Assembly: GCA_964016885.1 (NCBI GenBank)
Contig: OZ024745.1
Coordinates: 134,230,001-134,294,000, forward strand
Origin: Eledone cirrhosa
Taxonomy: Eukaryota
Direction: 5' to 3'
DNA: 64,000 bases
The notes under the pieces were generated by a model that made no database searches, was not told the origin of the DNA, and saw only the letters and a list, made by a program, of their open reading frames with translations. Shown here in pieces: positions 1 to 13,328 of this stretch (position 1 is the stretch's first letter; every line of letters starts with the position of its first letter). Both the position numbers and the translations under genes were made by a program.

Positions 1-1914
1 ATGTAGCTAGGCAGTTCCTCAACAGCTGCCCACCGGAACCGGCATCCAGGGACTCCAGGCACCGCATTGTCCAGCTTGACATGAGGAATGCCTTCAACTG
101 CCTACGTTGTGACCATCTGCTTGAGGCCTGCTTCAGCCGAGCTCCCGCTGCCTACCCGCTAACCTACCTGTCATATGGAGACCCGAGCATACTCCTTGCT
201 GCTGATACGGTCATACCCTCGGCTACTGGGGTCCAACAGGGTGACCCTTTGGGGCCGGTCTTATTTGCTCTTGGTATAGACTACATTGCTCTGAGTATCA
301 CGGCCCCTCTCAACGTTTGGTACCTGGATAATGCTACGTTGGGTGGGCCCGTAGAGACTGTCTGCCATGCCCTACAATCGATGGTTCCTGCCCTGGCGGG
401 AATCGGCCTCCAGGTCATCTCGTCCAAGCTGGAGGTGGTGAATGTCAATCACGATGCTAAGACCTTTGCAGCCTCAGTCTCGGACGTGCGGTCCATTCTC
501 CACCAGGTACAGGTGACCCCCAAAGAGGATGTACTCATCCTTGGGTCACCGATCCAACCGCCGGCCATCCGCTCCACCATCAGGTCTAGGCTCCATCAAC
601 TCAAGACCCTCACGAGCCGACTGGGCATAATTGACGCCCACCCAACCCTCTTCCTGTTGAGGAACTGCTTCGCCATGCCGAAGCTGTTCTATACTCTTCG
701 CAGCGCTCCGTGCTACAGCCACGCATCTCTCCTCCCTGACCTCGATACTTGTATCCGAGCGGCAGCCGAGGAGATATGCAATGTCAGGTTTGACGACATT
801 GGATGGCAACAGGGCACCTTACCTGTTAGATATGGTGGCCTTGGCCTCTGGTCCCTGATCTCGCTGGCTTTGCCGGCGTTTCTTTAGTTGGTAACCTCAT
901 GCCGTGTCCTCGTCAGCAGGGTTCTCCAAAACAATGGAACCCTCTGTCATCGAGGAACGTGAGGCCACCTACGAGACGTGGGACTGGCTGGGACTTAGCC
1001 CAGTAGACGTCCCTCCTCCTCCCCCTGCTGACGTCAAATTCCCCCAAAGCATTTGGGATGCCATCCAGTGCAGCCTGGCCTCAGACAGGCTCACGCGCCA
1101 GCTCGACCAGCACTACCTTGCCTGTTTTCGCGTGGCCTCCAAACTCCACAGTGGTGCCTGGCTCCCTGCCTTGCCCTCCTTCTCCACTGGCACGCAGCTG
1201 GACAATGGTAGCCTACGCATCGGCGTTTCCCTGAGGCTTGGCCTCCGGATCTGCGAGCCACACAAATGTCGCTGCGGATCCACCGTGGACTCTTTCCGCC
1301 TCCACCCGCTTTCCTGTAGCTACAGTGCCGGCCGCCTTCCACGCCATGTTGCCCTCAACGAGATCATAAAACAAGGCTTGGATCTTGCAGGATTCCCCTC
1401 CCAGCTCGAGCCGGTGGGGCTGAACCAAGGGGACGGCAAAAGGCAAGATGGTATGACCATCTTCCCGTTCCTCGTCTGGGATGCCAATTGCAGCAACACT
1501 TTCTCCAGCTGCAACCTGGTGCACTCTGCGTCTAACCCAGGTTCTGCTGCACTTTGGGCTGAGGAGGGCAAACTCTCCAAGTACCGGTCGCTCTCCGACA
1601 GGTAGTGCCCTTAGCAGTGAAGACGTCTGGTGTCCTTGGCCCTAGGGCTACCTCCCTGCTTACCACTATAGGCGCTGAGCTGGCCAGCCGCAGGTGTGAG
1701 CCTCGCGATGGAATGGCTCTTCCAGAGCATATCCCTTACCATCCTCCGGGGAAATGCCTTCTCCACTCTGTCCGCTGGGGCTGTGAAGCGGCCAGCACGT
1801 GGGACCCCATTTGCTCACCATACAGAGAGATGGGGAGGGCGAGATAGAGGGGGAGATGACAGTGGGAGTTCGGCTCTTCCATGTTCGAACTCACCTGTCA
1901 AGAGTGTATTTTGA
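1..1914 (+). mobile_element. Decayed CRE-clade-like non-LTR retrotransposon (RT + CCHC + restriction-like endonuclease), 5' part outside window
   Basis: ORFs 81-887, 904-1605 and 1605-1914 read as one broken ORF. RT motifs are GVQQGDPLGP and WYLDN (YLDD mutated), followed by LPVRYGGLG, CRCG..H..SC, RH..LNEII and EPVGL..DGKRQDG..VWD (PD..D RLE motif mutated). It ends in FQSISLTILRGNA and has stops and frameshifts. Confidence 0.88.
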
Positions 1915-2465
1915 TTCATTCATTCTTTAATATACATGTTTTTGTAATATATAAAGAAAATTAATTGTCGCAGGAATGCTACCACTTAAAATAAAATTTC
2001 GCCGGAGATAGATTAGCAAATTTAATAAGCGAAGAGAAGGAATATGAGCGGCGGGGGAGTTTATTTAGGACCCGAAAGTATCTAGTGAATAATATTCATA
2101 CTGTACACACACTTGCTTGTTCATTCCGATATACATATCCTGCCTGGCATAGCTTTCAATTCCTGCATTTAAAATACAGTATAATAAAGTATTACCGTAG
2201 ATATGTCCCATATTCACGTTCGAGGAAGTCAGCTAATACATAATAGTTTCACTTTGTCAACCAAAATAACAACTGCTGGTTATCGACATAACTTTGGTTT
2301 AGAAGAAATATTTAAGATGAAAAACTCCAGTTAGATATAGCTCGTGCTTTATGTAATTGTGTTCATATCAACAACTAAATAAAATATAAATCAGTCATCA
2401 ATCAAAAGGACGAGGAAAAGCCTGCCACTTTTATCTCCTTACGGACAACTGACGCTGCACACTAT

Positions 2466-2757
2466 GTCCGAACACAGAAGAGCCGAACTCACATTATCAT
2501 CACCTCCATCTCTCTCGCCCTCCCCATCTCTCTGTATAGTGAGCAAATTGGGTCCCACGCCCCGGCGGACAGAATGGAGAAGGCGTTTCCCCGGAGGATG
2601 GTAAGGGAGATGCGCTGAAAGAGCCATTCCATCGCGAGGCTCACACCTGCGGCTAGCCAGCTCAGCGTCTATGGTGGTAAGTAGGGAGATAGCCTAGAGC
2701 CAAGGACACCAGAAGTCTCTACTGCTGGGGATTGACAGCAAACCTGTCGGAAAGCAC
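2466..2757 (-). mobile_element. 3' fragment of the same CRE-like element, inverted relative to 1590-1890
   Basis: Reverse complement aligns to 1590-1890 (e.g. gagctggc.agccgcaggtgtgagcctcgcgatggaatggctct). Confidence 0.9.
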
Positions 2758-2847
2758 GAGGGAAAATATTTAGTCTTTTTACTCACCCAGGATTGTCAGC
2801 TGTTAAATGAAAGCCTGGATAGGAATAAATATTCGGACTCTTTGTAG

Positions 2848-2960
2848 TCTGAGTTCAAATCCCGCCGAGGTTAACTTTGCCTTTCATCCTTACAGGGTCG
2901 ATAAAATAAAGTACCAGTACTGAGTAATTGCTGGCCTTGTGCCAAAAATAGAAACAATTA
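2848..2960 (+). mobile_element. tRNA-derived SINE family A, 5'-truncated
   Basis: B-box gagttcaaatc, then gcctttcatcc..gggtcgataaaataaagtacc and tail ggccttgtgcc..agaaacaatt; repeated more than 10 times in the window. Confidence 0.85.
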
Positions 2961-3017
2961 TTTTCAGTAATATCTGACATCCAGATCTCCGGCAACACAA
3001 CTGTTATTAATGTGGAT

Positions 3018-3212
3018 GGGCAGTATCGGTATATTTTGCAGCATAGAGTTACAGCCCTTTACATCTTGAGTTCAAATCCTGCCATGGTTAGCTTTGCCTT
3101 TCATCCTTATGGGGTCGATAAAATAAAATAAAATACCAGTCACACACTGGGGTCAATATAATCGACTTTCCCCTCCCCCAAAAGATGTTTGCCTTGTGCC
3201 TAAATCAGACAT
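3018..3212 (+). mobile_element. SINE family A
   Basis: Same head (ggcagtatcggt), B-box and central domain as the other copies. Confidence 0.8.
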
Positions 3213-4224
3213 TTTTATTAATGAAAATGAAGAACGTCTCTGTGACAAAATAACATTATCTTATCCAATTACGCTTTGCCAGCTATCTTTTCTCTGTGTT
3301 GGGTCAGTCATTTCTTGTTCTATATCCTCTACCTTCCTTATCCGCCTTTCTCCCACCAACAGCCACATCCTAATTAGTATTCTCAAGTTGGACAATTGTG
3401 TGGTTAGCTAGTATAAAACAGTAAATGCAGACTGCCTGCTACTATCAACATATATTCCCTGTCTTCACACTAAAACCGTGTCATATATTTTGTCTAAAAT
3501 ATAATTTATTACCACACGGCCGGCGATTTCATTAAGACCAGCTAGGCAGTCGCCTAGGACGATGACCTCAGAGAGGTGTTACTAAACACGAAAGGATCAC
3601 ATTATTAAATTAAATGTATAAGTTTTCTGCGTTTCCCTCGCCGTCCTCAGCCGGGACCCAGGGGTAAGTTAGTTGGTAATGGAGTAAAATCGTTCGTACA
3701 TCACATTCACACCTATTTAAACTGTAGTACACTTGAATGTTTACAAGAGTAGCCATTCCTAGCTCCTGCATATACCCCCTACACACATACCAGTGTCTTA
3801 GCTCGAATGCTTGCGACAATATGGATTCTGGTAAAGGTACCCAATGACCATGTGGTAACGTTGTTCGTGAACCGAATGACAGATTACGTCAACCATCCGC
3901 TTATTATCCTGTTGGGGTTTACACGGTAATGTTAAGGTTTCGATTTTATACCACCACCACTCCGTCACCCCATTATCAATATATTTGAGATTGCGTGCAA
4001 AAAGATATTTGGTATTTGTGAAGGTGAGATGCTAGAGCTTAATAGTATGTAGTTTCCGATAGAGACGTTTCTTTCGTCCCTTCAGCGGTGATACATTAAC
4101 TACATTTTATCGACTTCAACATTCTCCATGTGTGATATTCTGTTAACGTATAAAATTATTGTCAACTTTATTCTAATCTCTCCTTGAAAACATCGTACGA
4201 GAAATTAACTTGTGTGTGTTTGTG

Positions 4225-4255
<31 letters not shown>

Positions 4256-4277
4256 TTGTATGTATATATGTAAACGT

Positions 4278-4420
4278 GGCACAAGGCTAACAATTTAACC
4301 GACCCCGTAAGGGTGAAGGGCAAAGCTAAACCTCGCCGGGATTTGAACTCAGAATATAAAGGACCGTTACTCTATGAAGGGAGTCCGAGGCTCAACCGAT
4401 ACTGCCAATCCAGCGCTACC
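4278..4420 (-). mobile_element. SINE family A, diverged
   Basis: Reverse-complement match (gaccccgtaagg..ggcaaag..gggatttgaactcag..ccgatactgccaat). Confidence 0.75.
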
Positions 4421-4990
4421 AACCACAATAATAAACCATGTATTATGCCCTTCGAGTGATCAAATCTACTTACAAAAGAAATGCTACACTACTACAATAT
4501 TTGTTTACAGTTTGGCTAACGAGTTGTTGTTTTTTCTATTATTTACAAGACACTTGAAGCCTTACTTTGAGAGAGCTGCACAAATATTACAGTAGAAATT
4601 TCTTTTCTTACGTTACACCCGTAAGCAGATGCACTCAGAGCTCTTTGATTTTATAATCGCTTTCAAAACTTTGTATATCGCTTCCATCTTGACAGTTCCT
4701 TAGCCTTTGGCGTAAACAGCTTTCTGAGGACTCAATTAACATAAAGCGTGGGGATGTGTTACTATTCAGTTATCATTAGTATTATTTCAGAAATTATTAT
4801 TATAGCTGTCATCATCAACACTATTATTTGCTCGTGTAGCTATTTTTTCTTACAAAACTGAATAATTACCAGTGCTTTCAACTTCGGCGTAAACATTTTT
4901 TTAATATTTCCCGACTTGTATTTTCTATCTAATTTATCAATTTTAAAGGGAAAATATCACCGAGTGCAAACCATGAAACTACGCGATTGG

Positions 4991-4991
<1 letters not shown>

Positions 4992-5068
<77 letters not shown>

Positions 5069-5073
5069 TGATG

Positions 5074-5153
<80 letters not shown>

Positions 5154-5200
5154 ATGTATATATATATATATATGTATTTATATGTATGTATATATATATG
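4992..5200. repeat. (TA)n/(TG)n/(TATG)n compound microsatellite
   Basis: Directly visible. Confidence 0.97.
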
Positions 5201-5321
5201 TAATCTGAGTTTTTCGAATATTAATAATAACATTCGATTCGCTTGCAATTATGCAAACAACCCTCATTTTTAAAGCCATGTCAGTAGAATGAGCCCCTCA
5301 TTCTTGCTCTTGCGTTGGCAT

Positions 5322-5380
5322 GTAAACAGATCTGCAGACACTAATGTTTCTGGATATCACCCTTCATCAGTACTGTTCAC
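5322..5380 (-). ncRNA. Type I hammerhead ribozyme motif
   Basis: Minus strand: gtgaacagta-CTGATGA-a-gggt(gat)atcc-a-GAA-aca(ttag)tgt-C|tgcagatctgtttac. Stems I (bulged), II and III can all be paired by eye. Confidence 0.7.
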
Positions 5381-6249
5381 CTGCCAACTGTCAAAGCTAG
5401 TGAAAATTTATGATATTTTCTAAAATATACAGTGACTGATCGGCCTGATTTGCATATTAGTAGACTGGCTGATCAGTTAGATCCGCATATTAGCAGATCT
5501 ACTGATCCACCAATCTGCTGATATGCAAATCTGACATTTATGTCGATATATCACGAGAAAAGGAAAGAAAATTAAAATTGTCTGCAACAAAAAATGCATT
5601 TGAAAATGTATTATTTATCAACATGATATATGCTGCTTATGCATAGCAGTGTTTGTTGTTGCGAAAGTCACGGGTAAATGACCTAATTTCAAAATTGTCT
5701 TGAATTAGTAGTTCAACCTGTCTTATAATGAGCCACATCCTATGTGGCACACAGCTTGAAAAAGGATGCCCATGTCTGGTGAAGACTAATGATTCAGACA
5801 GAACCATTTGTCGTTTGTTTTTATTCTCTTTCTAAAGAGTTTGCTCAATTCTTCACCTTAACAACGAACACCTTTAAAATGTATTTCCCCTCCATCTTCT
5901 GATATACCCGTACCGGCTCCTTATTTTTATTTCATTTCCATAATGTAAACTGAACATCAATCAAACTGACTTCTACCAATTTATCTCTACAATTTTCCCT
6001 ACGACGATCTAGAAATTATAATTCTTCGTCTAATTAATGATAATTAATTTTTTAAAGTATTACATTGGTAACACACGTGGCATGTTTATATGAAATATTG
6101 TGCGGAATTGTTTTTTAGAAATCAAGTTTATGCGAGACAAAAGCAAGATTTCAATTCCTGTTTCTTAGGAGAACAATGGGTGTTGACGTCTTAACATCTA
6201 CGGAAATAGTATTGGCGTCAGTTGAAGTATTTAGTTTGCCCCACCTTTC

Positions 6250-6393
6250 ACCTCCACCACCACCACTATACTACTATTACTACTCCACCACCACCATCAC
6301 CATATTACTATTACTACACCACCACCATATTACTATTATTCCACCACCACCATACTACTATTATTCCACCACCACCATACTACTATTACTACT
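6250..6393. repeat. (CAC)/(TAC)/(TAT) trinucleotide compound repeat
   Basis: Directly visible. Confidence 0.9.
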
Positions 6394-7003
6394 CTCAAGT
6401 TGTTATATAGGCATTAAATAAGAACCTATCTGTAGCTTCAGTTTTAATATCCGGTGTATAAGTAGTAAACATGTTATGGTATTGTTATACCATAGATAAT
6501 ACCCGGATGTTCACCTTTTACGTCTTTTTCATTGTTTTGCTTCTGTTTGTTTTTTTCTTCTTTTTGTTATCTATTGGGATCTATCAACAAGCAACAAACA
6601 TCTTTATGTTATCGATTAAACAGATCAATACGTTAGAATATTTTCAACTACCCCCAATTAAAATATTAATATGAAAACATCTTTCATTTTAGATCTTCGT
6701 TGGTTTTGTTTTTGTCCTGTTTATTTTGTTGTTTTCCTTTCTTTATTTTCAGTCTTTTTACAGATTTGCCCAATTTTTCAAAACAGGAATACAATCTGAA
6801 GAATATCATCGTCTTGTGATGATACGGTTCGCTGCAGGGATGGGGGTAGGGATTAAGCTATGGGATTGATACCATATTGTTTCGTGTTTACGTTAGAATG
6901 AAGTACTTTCAGTTTAATATAAACTGTAGATATTTCAACGTTCGTTTTCACAACTAGAATATTCTTGGGGGAGGGGGCTTTTTGTTATATATAATCATTG
7001 GCA

Positions 7004-7329
7004 GGTAAAGTAAAAAGATCCCCTTCGGTCACGAATGACCCATGGGTTTTGCACCGCCGAGGAACAAGTCCAGGGATGTTGTTTATGAAAGACCAACAAT
7101 CACCCATACCAGTCTCCCTCTCCATGCCACCGATGTTGTTCAAGGGAAAGGCAATGACTGATACAACTTGGCACCAGTGACGACGGAACTTATGTCTACA
7201 ACTGAGTAAACTGTAGCAACGTGAAATAAAGTGTCTTGCTCAAGGACACCACGCATCAGCCGGTCCAAGAATCGAACTGACAACCTCATGATTGCAGGCT
7301 CAAAGCTCTAACCAGTAAGTCATGCGCCT
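7004..7329 (-). mobile_element. tRNA-derived SINE family B (CORE-like)
   Basis: Reverse complement has B-box gttcgattc and cttgagcaagacactttatttcac..actcag; homologous to 32020, 60094 and 63101. Confidence 0.75.
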
Positions 7330-8070
7330 ACTGCAGAATAAATCAACAGGATGCTGGATCTGCCGTTCAGAAAGGTTGAGGTTTTCTACCCTGCCACTGG
7401 CATTAAAATATGTTTCTCAATGTTCCAGGTCATTTTAGTAGGTATAAATACTCTCTGTCTGTAAACATCTCATCAACCCGGGCTTTTAAATGTGTGTGTA
7501 TTTGCCGAGTTCTGTTTTCAATGATCCCGTCCGAGATAAGATGCCTGTGTATCTCATGTAACATTCTCGGTCGTCTGCGCATATTTCCGATAGTTGAACG
7601 GGGAGGAGCAGTATTGAGTGCAGTACTCATACACACAACGAAACATCTTCATTGAAACCTGTGAAATAGTGACCTAGTACCATATCTATGTGGTTATTTT
7701 TATTCCACAATAAATACCATGTTTCATCTCAACCGGCGTAAGTAGCGATTTGGTTTTTATTTCATTACCTATGTAAACAGGAATAATCACATCATCAACA
7801 TAATGAACACTGGGTCTCACTTGCACACCCGCAATCTCTGGCCACACTATATCAGTTACATCAATCTCCTTCGCCTATACTCTTCACAAACGTGACCACA
7901 TCACAATCAACAAGTGAACAACGAACCCCAGTTGCAACTAACATCGCCAACTCATTTCCCGCTACAAGTACACTGTGTAACTGACGAGTGTTTAAAGTCT
8001 AATTAAAATTGTTCACAATGTTGCATTAGTGAATAATGGACTCGGTGGGTTTGACATCCCCTTAGATACA

Positions 8071-8297
8071 TTAACCCTTTAGCATTTAAACCGGCCGTAT
8101 CCGGCCAGAATTCTCTCACCCCTTTCTGTTCAAACTGGCCATAACCGGCTGCTCATACTTATGTTAAGGTATTGTTCTCAAAATATATAATATTAAAATC
8201 TCGTAGATTCGATGTTATGTGAGATAATTGTGTGAAATAAAATGCTTACCGTGAAAATACAATAGTAAATATAGAGTAATGTGAAACTAAAGTGTTC
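8071..8297. mobile_element. piggyBac-type MITE, right TIR decayed
   Basis: Starts TTAA-CCCTTTAGCATTTA; high identity to 60988-61214. Confidence 0.8.
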
Positions 8298-9238
8298 ATG
8301 TTTTCCCAACGATTCAAATGTCAGAACAATGCAGTACTACTGGTATATAGATGGTAACAGTGCTACTGTTGCTCCTTGTCAGCAGTACAACACGTCTGGG
8401 TGTCTGACTACTTCTTGTAGTTCTGTTTTTCAACAAAGCTCTGAATTATAATACAATGATGGTGAACTACCGTTACCACTAACGTATTAGATTTATGAGT
8501 TCATTTCCATCCCAAATACATGTACATTAATATGACTGTAAACAATAATGGAGCTTATACTGTGAATATGTGATGGTTTATAAAACAGGATAATTGGGAT
8601 TGAGTGTCTGAGAATTTGTATTCAGTTGTCACTGTTGCTGTTTGCCCCCATGTTAGCCTTGATCCAGCAAACCTATTATCAAACGCATTTGATAAGTATC
8701 ACATCTTATTTTCAGACATAGTATATCTTCGACTACAAATGTCCTTAAGAAATTTGGCTACCATTTTTAGCTGCTTGAGAGACCAGGTATAGGATTCTTC
8801 TTATTGGAGCTTAGATTAGGCTACAATCTTGTCTTCTCACCTTTACTAAGGGCGGCGTTAGGAAGTATTATGTTTGTTGGACTGTAAGTCACTCAATGGA
8901 GAACGAATTTACATAATATACACTAATGGTCAGATTGCGTTGTCTAATTAGTTTCCATAATCAACGAATGTATAATATTGCCATTGTTGAAAACATTGTG
9001 TGAACTTATAAATGGATATAATTAGTTTAATTAACATAGTAATGATGAGCATGAAAAATGTAGAAGACTTCATCAATGTTAAGACATCTAATTGAAGGAT
9101 TGAAGCTTCGTGTCCCGTTAAATACTCTGCTTAGTGTTTATAACCAAAACCTTCAATTCTAAAATTGTCAAAGACACCCAGGTATAACTAGATAGCAGAA
9201 TAGACATTGAACATTTGGCGGGTATAACTAGATAGCAG

Positions 9239-9283
9239 TTTAGGATATTAGTATCAGTGTATATATATTATCAAGAATGACAA
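9239..9283 (-). repeat. 45-bp remnant of the 3' LTR
   Basis: Identical to 13345-13389 and fused directly to integrase sequence (deletion of the IN C-terminus, PPT and most of the LTR). Confidence 0.9.
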
Positions 9284-11987
9284 GGGGCGCAAACGAGATA
9301 CGTAGGAAACAGGGTCCTGGAAAGCAAGATCAACAAGGGCAAGCATTTGCCCAGGCAACGCTAGAGGAGCACCATACAGTAATTCGGCCGGGGAGAACCC
9401 AAGGTCCTCCTTTATTGATGACCGAATTCCTAACAACACAATAGGAAGGTACTCGCTCCAACGTTGAGAGTCTGGATAGGCGCGAAAAGCGGCCTTTAAT
9501 TGGCGGTGGAATCGTTCCACCATTCCGTTTGAAGCAGGATGATAGGCTGTGGTCAGAATCCGTTGAGCGCCAATGATCTTTGTGAGCTCAGAGAAAAGAT
9601 GGGACTCAAATTATCTACCACGGTCTGTGGTGACTGTAGTTGGTACCCCAAAGCGAGTAATCTACCCTGATACCAGGGCACGCGCTACAGTCTCAGCAGT
9701 TATATCTTGTAAGGGGATGGCTTCAGGCCATCTCGAAAAACGATTGACACAGGTTAAGAGGTACGAATATCCACTGCTGAATGGCCAAGGTCCAACGAGG
9801 TCAATGTGTATGTGCTGAAACCGAGCATCAGGAGTACTGAAAGTACCAAGCGGAGTCCGGATGTGTCTGTGGATTTTAGATCTCTGACACTGTGTGCAGG
9901 AACGGCACCAGAGAGTAATTTCTCGCCTCGTATTGGGCCAGTAGCCGTTATAAGCTTTACTGTGGCAGAAATTCCTGGGTGAGAAATGTTGTGCAAAGCA
10001 AGGAACACAATTCGACGGTGAGTTTCAGGAACAAGTGGTCGTGGTGAATCCGTAGATACATCACATAGAATCTGCCTGTCGGTGGTCGACAAGGGCAGAT
10101 ATTTGAAGATACAAGTCGCAAATTCGGCAGAAAGAGTATCCAACGATTGGAGTGCAGGTTGATCTGTAGCTAAACGACCTAAGTCGATCTCGGATGACGA
10201 GATGGAGCTGATTGGCAAACGTGACAATGCGTCTGCAGCTACGTTATGCGAGCCAGCAATGTGCTGGATATCATTTGTAAATTACGAAACGTAGTCCAGG
10301 TGCCTTGTCTCTCTGGGCGAATATCTGTCGCTTTAGCCCTCAAAGCGAAGGTCAGAGGTTTGTGGTCGGTTAAAACTGTAAAATTTCTCCCCTCAAGAAT
10401 ATGAGAGAAATGTTTCACCGACAGATATATGGTTAATAATTCCCGCCCAAACGTGCTGTAACGCGTTTCTGCTGGTTTCAGCTTCCTCGAGAAAAATACC
10501 AAGTTGGTTTCCAGCGTTGAACTGCTGTAAAATGCTCCCACAGCGGTATCAGATGCATCAACTCAAAGTGAAAGCTTGGCATCTGGTACAGGGTTGGCTA
10601 GTAAAGATGAACTAGCGAGTGCTGTCTTGGCAGTCTAGAAGTCTTGAAGCTGTCCTTGTGTCAAGGAAATATCCTCATTCTTCTTACGACGATTTTTCAA
10701 AATGTCAGTAAGGGAAGATAGCAAATTAGCACAATGAGGAAAGAAACGCCTATAGAAATTGATTAGGCCTAAGAAGTGACGCAACTGGTGAAGTGTAGTA
10801 GGCGGAGGTAAATCCTGTATGGCTTGAACTCGCTGAGGGAGCGACCTAATACCTTCCGTGTCGATGAGGTGGCCTAAAAAATTTAGCGAAGTGGAACCGA
10901 AAACACACTTTGCGGGATTCACACGAACGCGGTAATCCTGAAGTCGCCGAAATAAGAGATGCATGTGGCGTATATGCTCTTCCGGAGAGGAACTAGCGAC
11001 GAGAATATTGTCTATGTAAGCATAACGAAGTCCAGACCACGAGTCACTTCGTCTATGAACCGCTGAAAAGTGCTAGTGGCGTTCCTGAGTCCGAAAGGCA
11101 AGGTCAAAAAATTCGAAGGATCCGAAAGGAGTTGTAATCGCCGTTTTCAGAATATCCTCCTTCCTGACCGGAATTTGGTGGTAGGCTTGCACTAAATCTA
11201 GTTTTGAGAAAATTTTACACCCTTGCAGTGAAGATGCGAAATCCTGGAGATGGGGAATAGGATACCTATCCAGGACGGTCATAGCATTTAACCTTCTATA
11301 ATCCCCAGTGGATCTCCAGTCGCCGGAAGTCTTGGGCACCATGTGTAACGGTGAAGCCCAAGGACTCGAAGATGGGCGAATAATGCCCAGCTGTAGCATA
11401 TGGTCGAACTCGGACCGTGCTGCCTTTAATTTGTCCGCCGGTAAGCGGCGTGGACGCGAAAACACTGGAGCACCGGTGGTGGAAACGAAATATTCAGTTG
11501 AGTGTGTTGGCTCAGTGACTCGAAAATTTCCATCGGTGAGCTCCGGGAAAGAACCTAGCAACGAATGGTAGGCGTCTCCAGCGGCAGCGATGAAGAATAT
11601 GGGGCTGACTGTTGGAGCATCAGCTTTCCGGCCACGAATTGAAAAACCGGTGATGTCATCCACCAGGCGTTGGCCACGGACGTCCACAGTCAATGAGAAG
11701 TTGTGGAGGAAATCCGCTCCTAAGATAGGGTATGGCAAATCGGCAACCGTAAAAATCCACTTAAAATCCCTACGAAGATTTAGGAATTTGAGAGGAAGCG
11801 AGATTTGCCCGTACGTCTTTATAGACGAGTGATTAACTGCCTGCAGAGTAACGGCAATGGACCGGCCAAATACTACAGGAGGCTCCTGTATCCACGAGGA
11901 AACCTCTTCCCGACATAAGGTCCTTAATGAAGAAATGGCGGTTTGGTGGCTTTATGTTGAGGTCAACTTCCCCCATCAGCGGACCTC
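9284..11987 (-). pseudogene. pol: Gypsy pol (PR-RT-RNaseH-IN), multiply frameshifted
   Basis: ORF pieces 11073-11738, 10635-10964, 10239-10541, 9754-10227 and 9254-9523 carry successive pol motifs. Confidence 0.92.
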
Positions 11988-12780
11988 TTAGGCGTTTCCC
12001 GCCTTATGAAACGAGCAAGGTTGCACGAAGTTGTTCGCGCTCTCGGCAAATCGCTCATGGTACCAGCATAAAGATGAACCTGGTGACTTGGAACGACATC
12101 TAAAAGATTGCGATATCCCGCGGCTGCGGGGGCGCGAACGGGCACCACACCAGGCCTTCATCTTATGGAGCTCCAGGTTGAGTTCCTGAATGGCCTTCTG
12201 CATCGCCATAATAGCTGAGCTGTCTATAGGCGCTGCCGCGCAGATTCCATGGCCAGGTGTGGCCCGAGCTGGGTGGGAAACAGCGGCAAGGGCTTCGCTG
12301 CCTCCAGCACCCGTCACTTCGAAAACTTTGTCCGCAGAGGCGGCAAGCTGATCCCCCGTGCAAGTATCCCTAATGGGGGCCAAAATTGCCTGTACGTTGG
12401 TCGGTAGGCGCGAGAAGAACAACTGCTTCAGCATGGCAGTTTCTGCTACCGACCCCTCCGTTAGGTCCTTCATTCGCCTTATGAGGTTCGATGGGGTGCC
12501 ATCACCTATATGCTCCAGATGAACTAGAGCCCTAAATCTTTTTTCTGCAGACTGCAGTCCGGCTGAGTATTTCAGCCTTCAGAGACTTGTACGTCGCGTC
12601 GGTGGGTGTCTCTAACACCAGGTCCTTAATCGCTGGGAGAAGTGCCGGCGGAATTGCACTAAGGACCAGAGGACGTTGTTGTGCCTCGTCAACTCTGTTC
12701 GCCTCGAAAAATGCTTCGAGTTGGGCGAACCATAGCCTTACGTCGCCCGTGTACGTAGGTAGAACAGAATGAGATGCCAT
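11988..12780 (-). pseudogene. gag: Gypsy gag, frameshifted
   Basis: MASHSVLPTYTGDVRLWFAQLEAFF.. (within ORF 12532-12864) continues into 11988-12473 (LKQLFFSRLP..CWYHERF..PC). Confidence 0.85.
11994..12000 (-). promoter_or_regulatory. Putative -1 ribosomal frameshift slippery site GGGAAAC at the gag/pol junction
   Basis: G GGA AAC lies in the gag frame one codon before the gag TAA stop. Confidence 0.65.
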
Positions 12781-13328
12781 TGGTATACCGTAGGTAATTT
12801 GCCAAAAAAAAAAAATCGTCTCCGTTTGGAAAAATGTCTCCAACACAACAGAAAAGGAAAACAAAATCGCTTATTTTTCTCTGTCAAACAACTGGACAGG
12901 AAAAAGAATGCATCCGAGACAATATGCAAAGGAGCGACTAACCGAGCGATGTCATTAATAAGGTATAGGCAGGGAACTTAAAACTAAAACCAACATGGCG
13001 GACTATTTCGCGCCAAAAACACTATTGATGGAGAAGAAAGCCGCCATCTTGTCATCCTCAAAATTTTTAGCCAGAGAAAAGAAAAGGAGAAGAAAAAAAC
13101 AAAAACATTCATACAATTGGTGTTTGTTTGTGTGTAAATAACTTTGGGTGTTCGTTTTGCACAGATGAAGAGTTTGATGTTAAGTGTTACAGAGAAATAT
13201 GTTTAGATCGGTCAAGACAGCCATATCAGAATCAAGTGTGTTATTCTGTATTAAATGGGTTTTTTTCTCTATCTCTTTTTTTTATATACACATGGTACTA
13301 TTTCCCATTCTTTTTTTTTTTTTTTTTA

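Noticed and set aside
3625-3656. Minus-strand CTGAGGA..GAAAC
   Set aside because: No stem II or stem I pairing.
6176-6421. Pro/Tyr/His-rich extensin-like ORFs
   Set aside because: Trinucleotide repeat only; no splice or homology support.
9181-9238. 40-bp repeats as a CRISPR array or LTR
   Set aside because: No spacers, eukaryotic context; explained as the target minisatellite.
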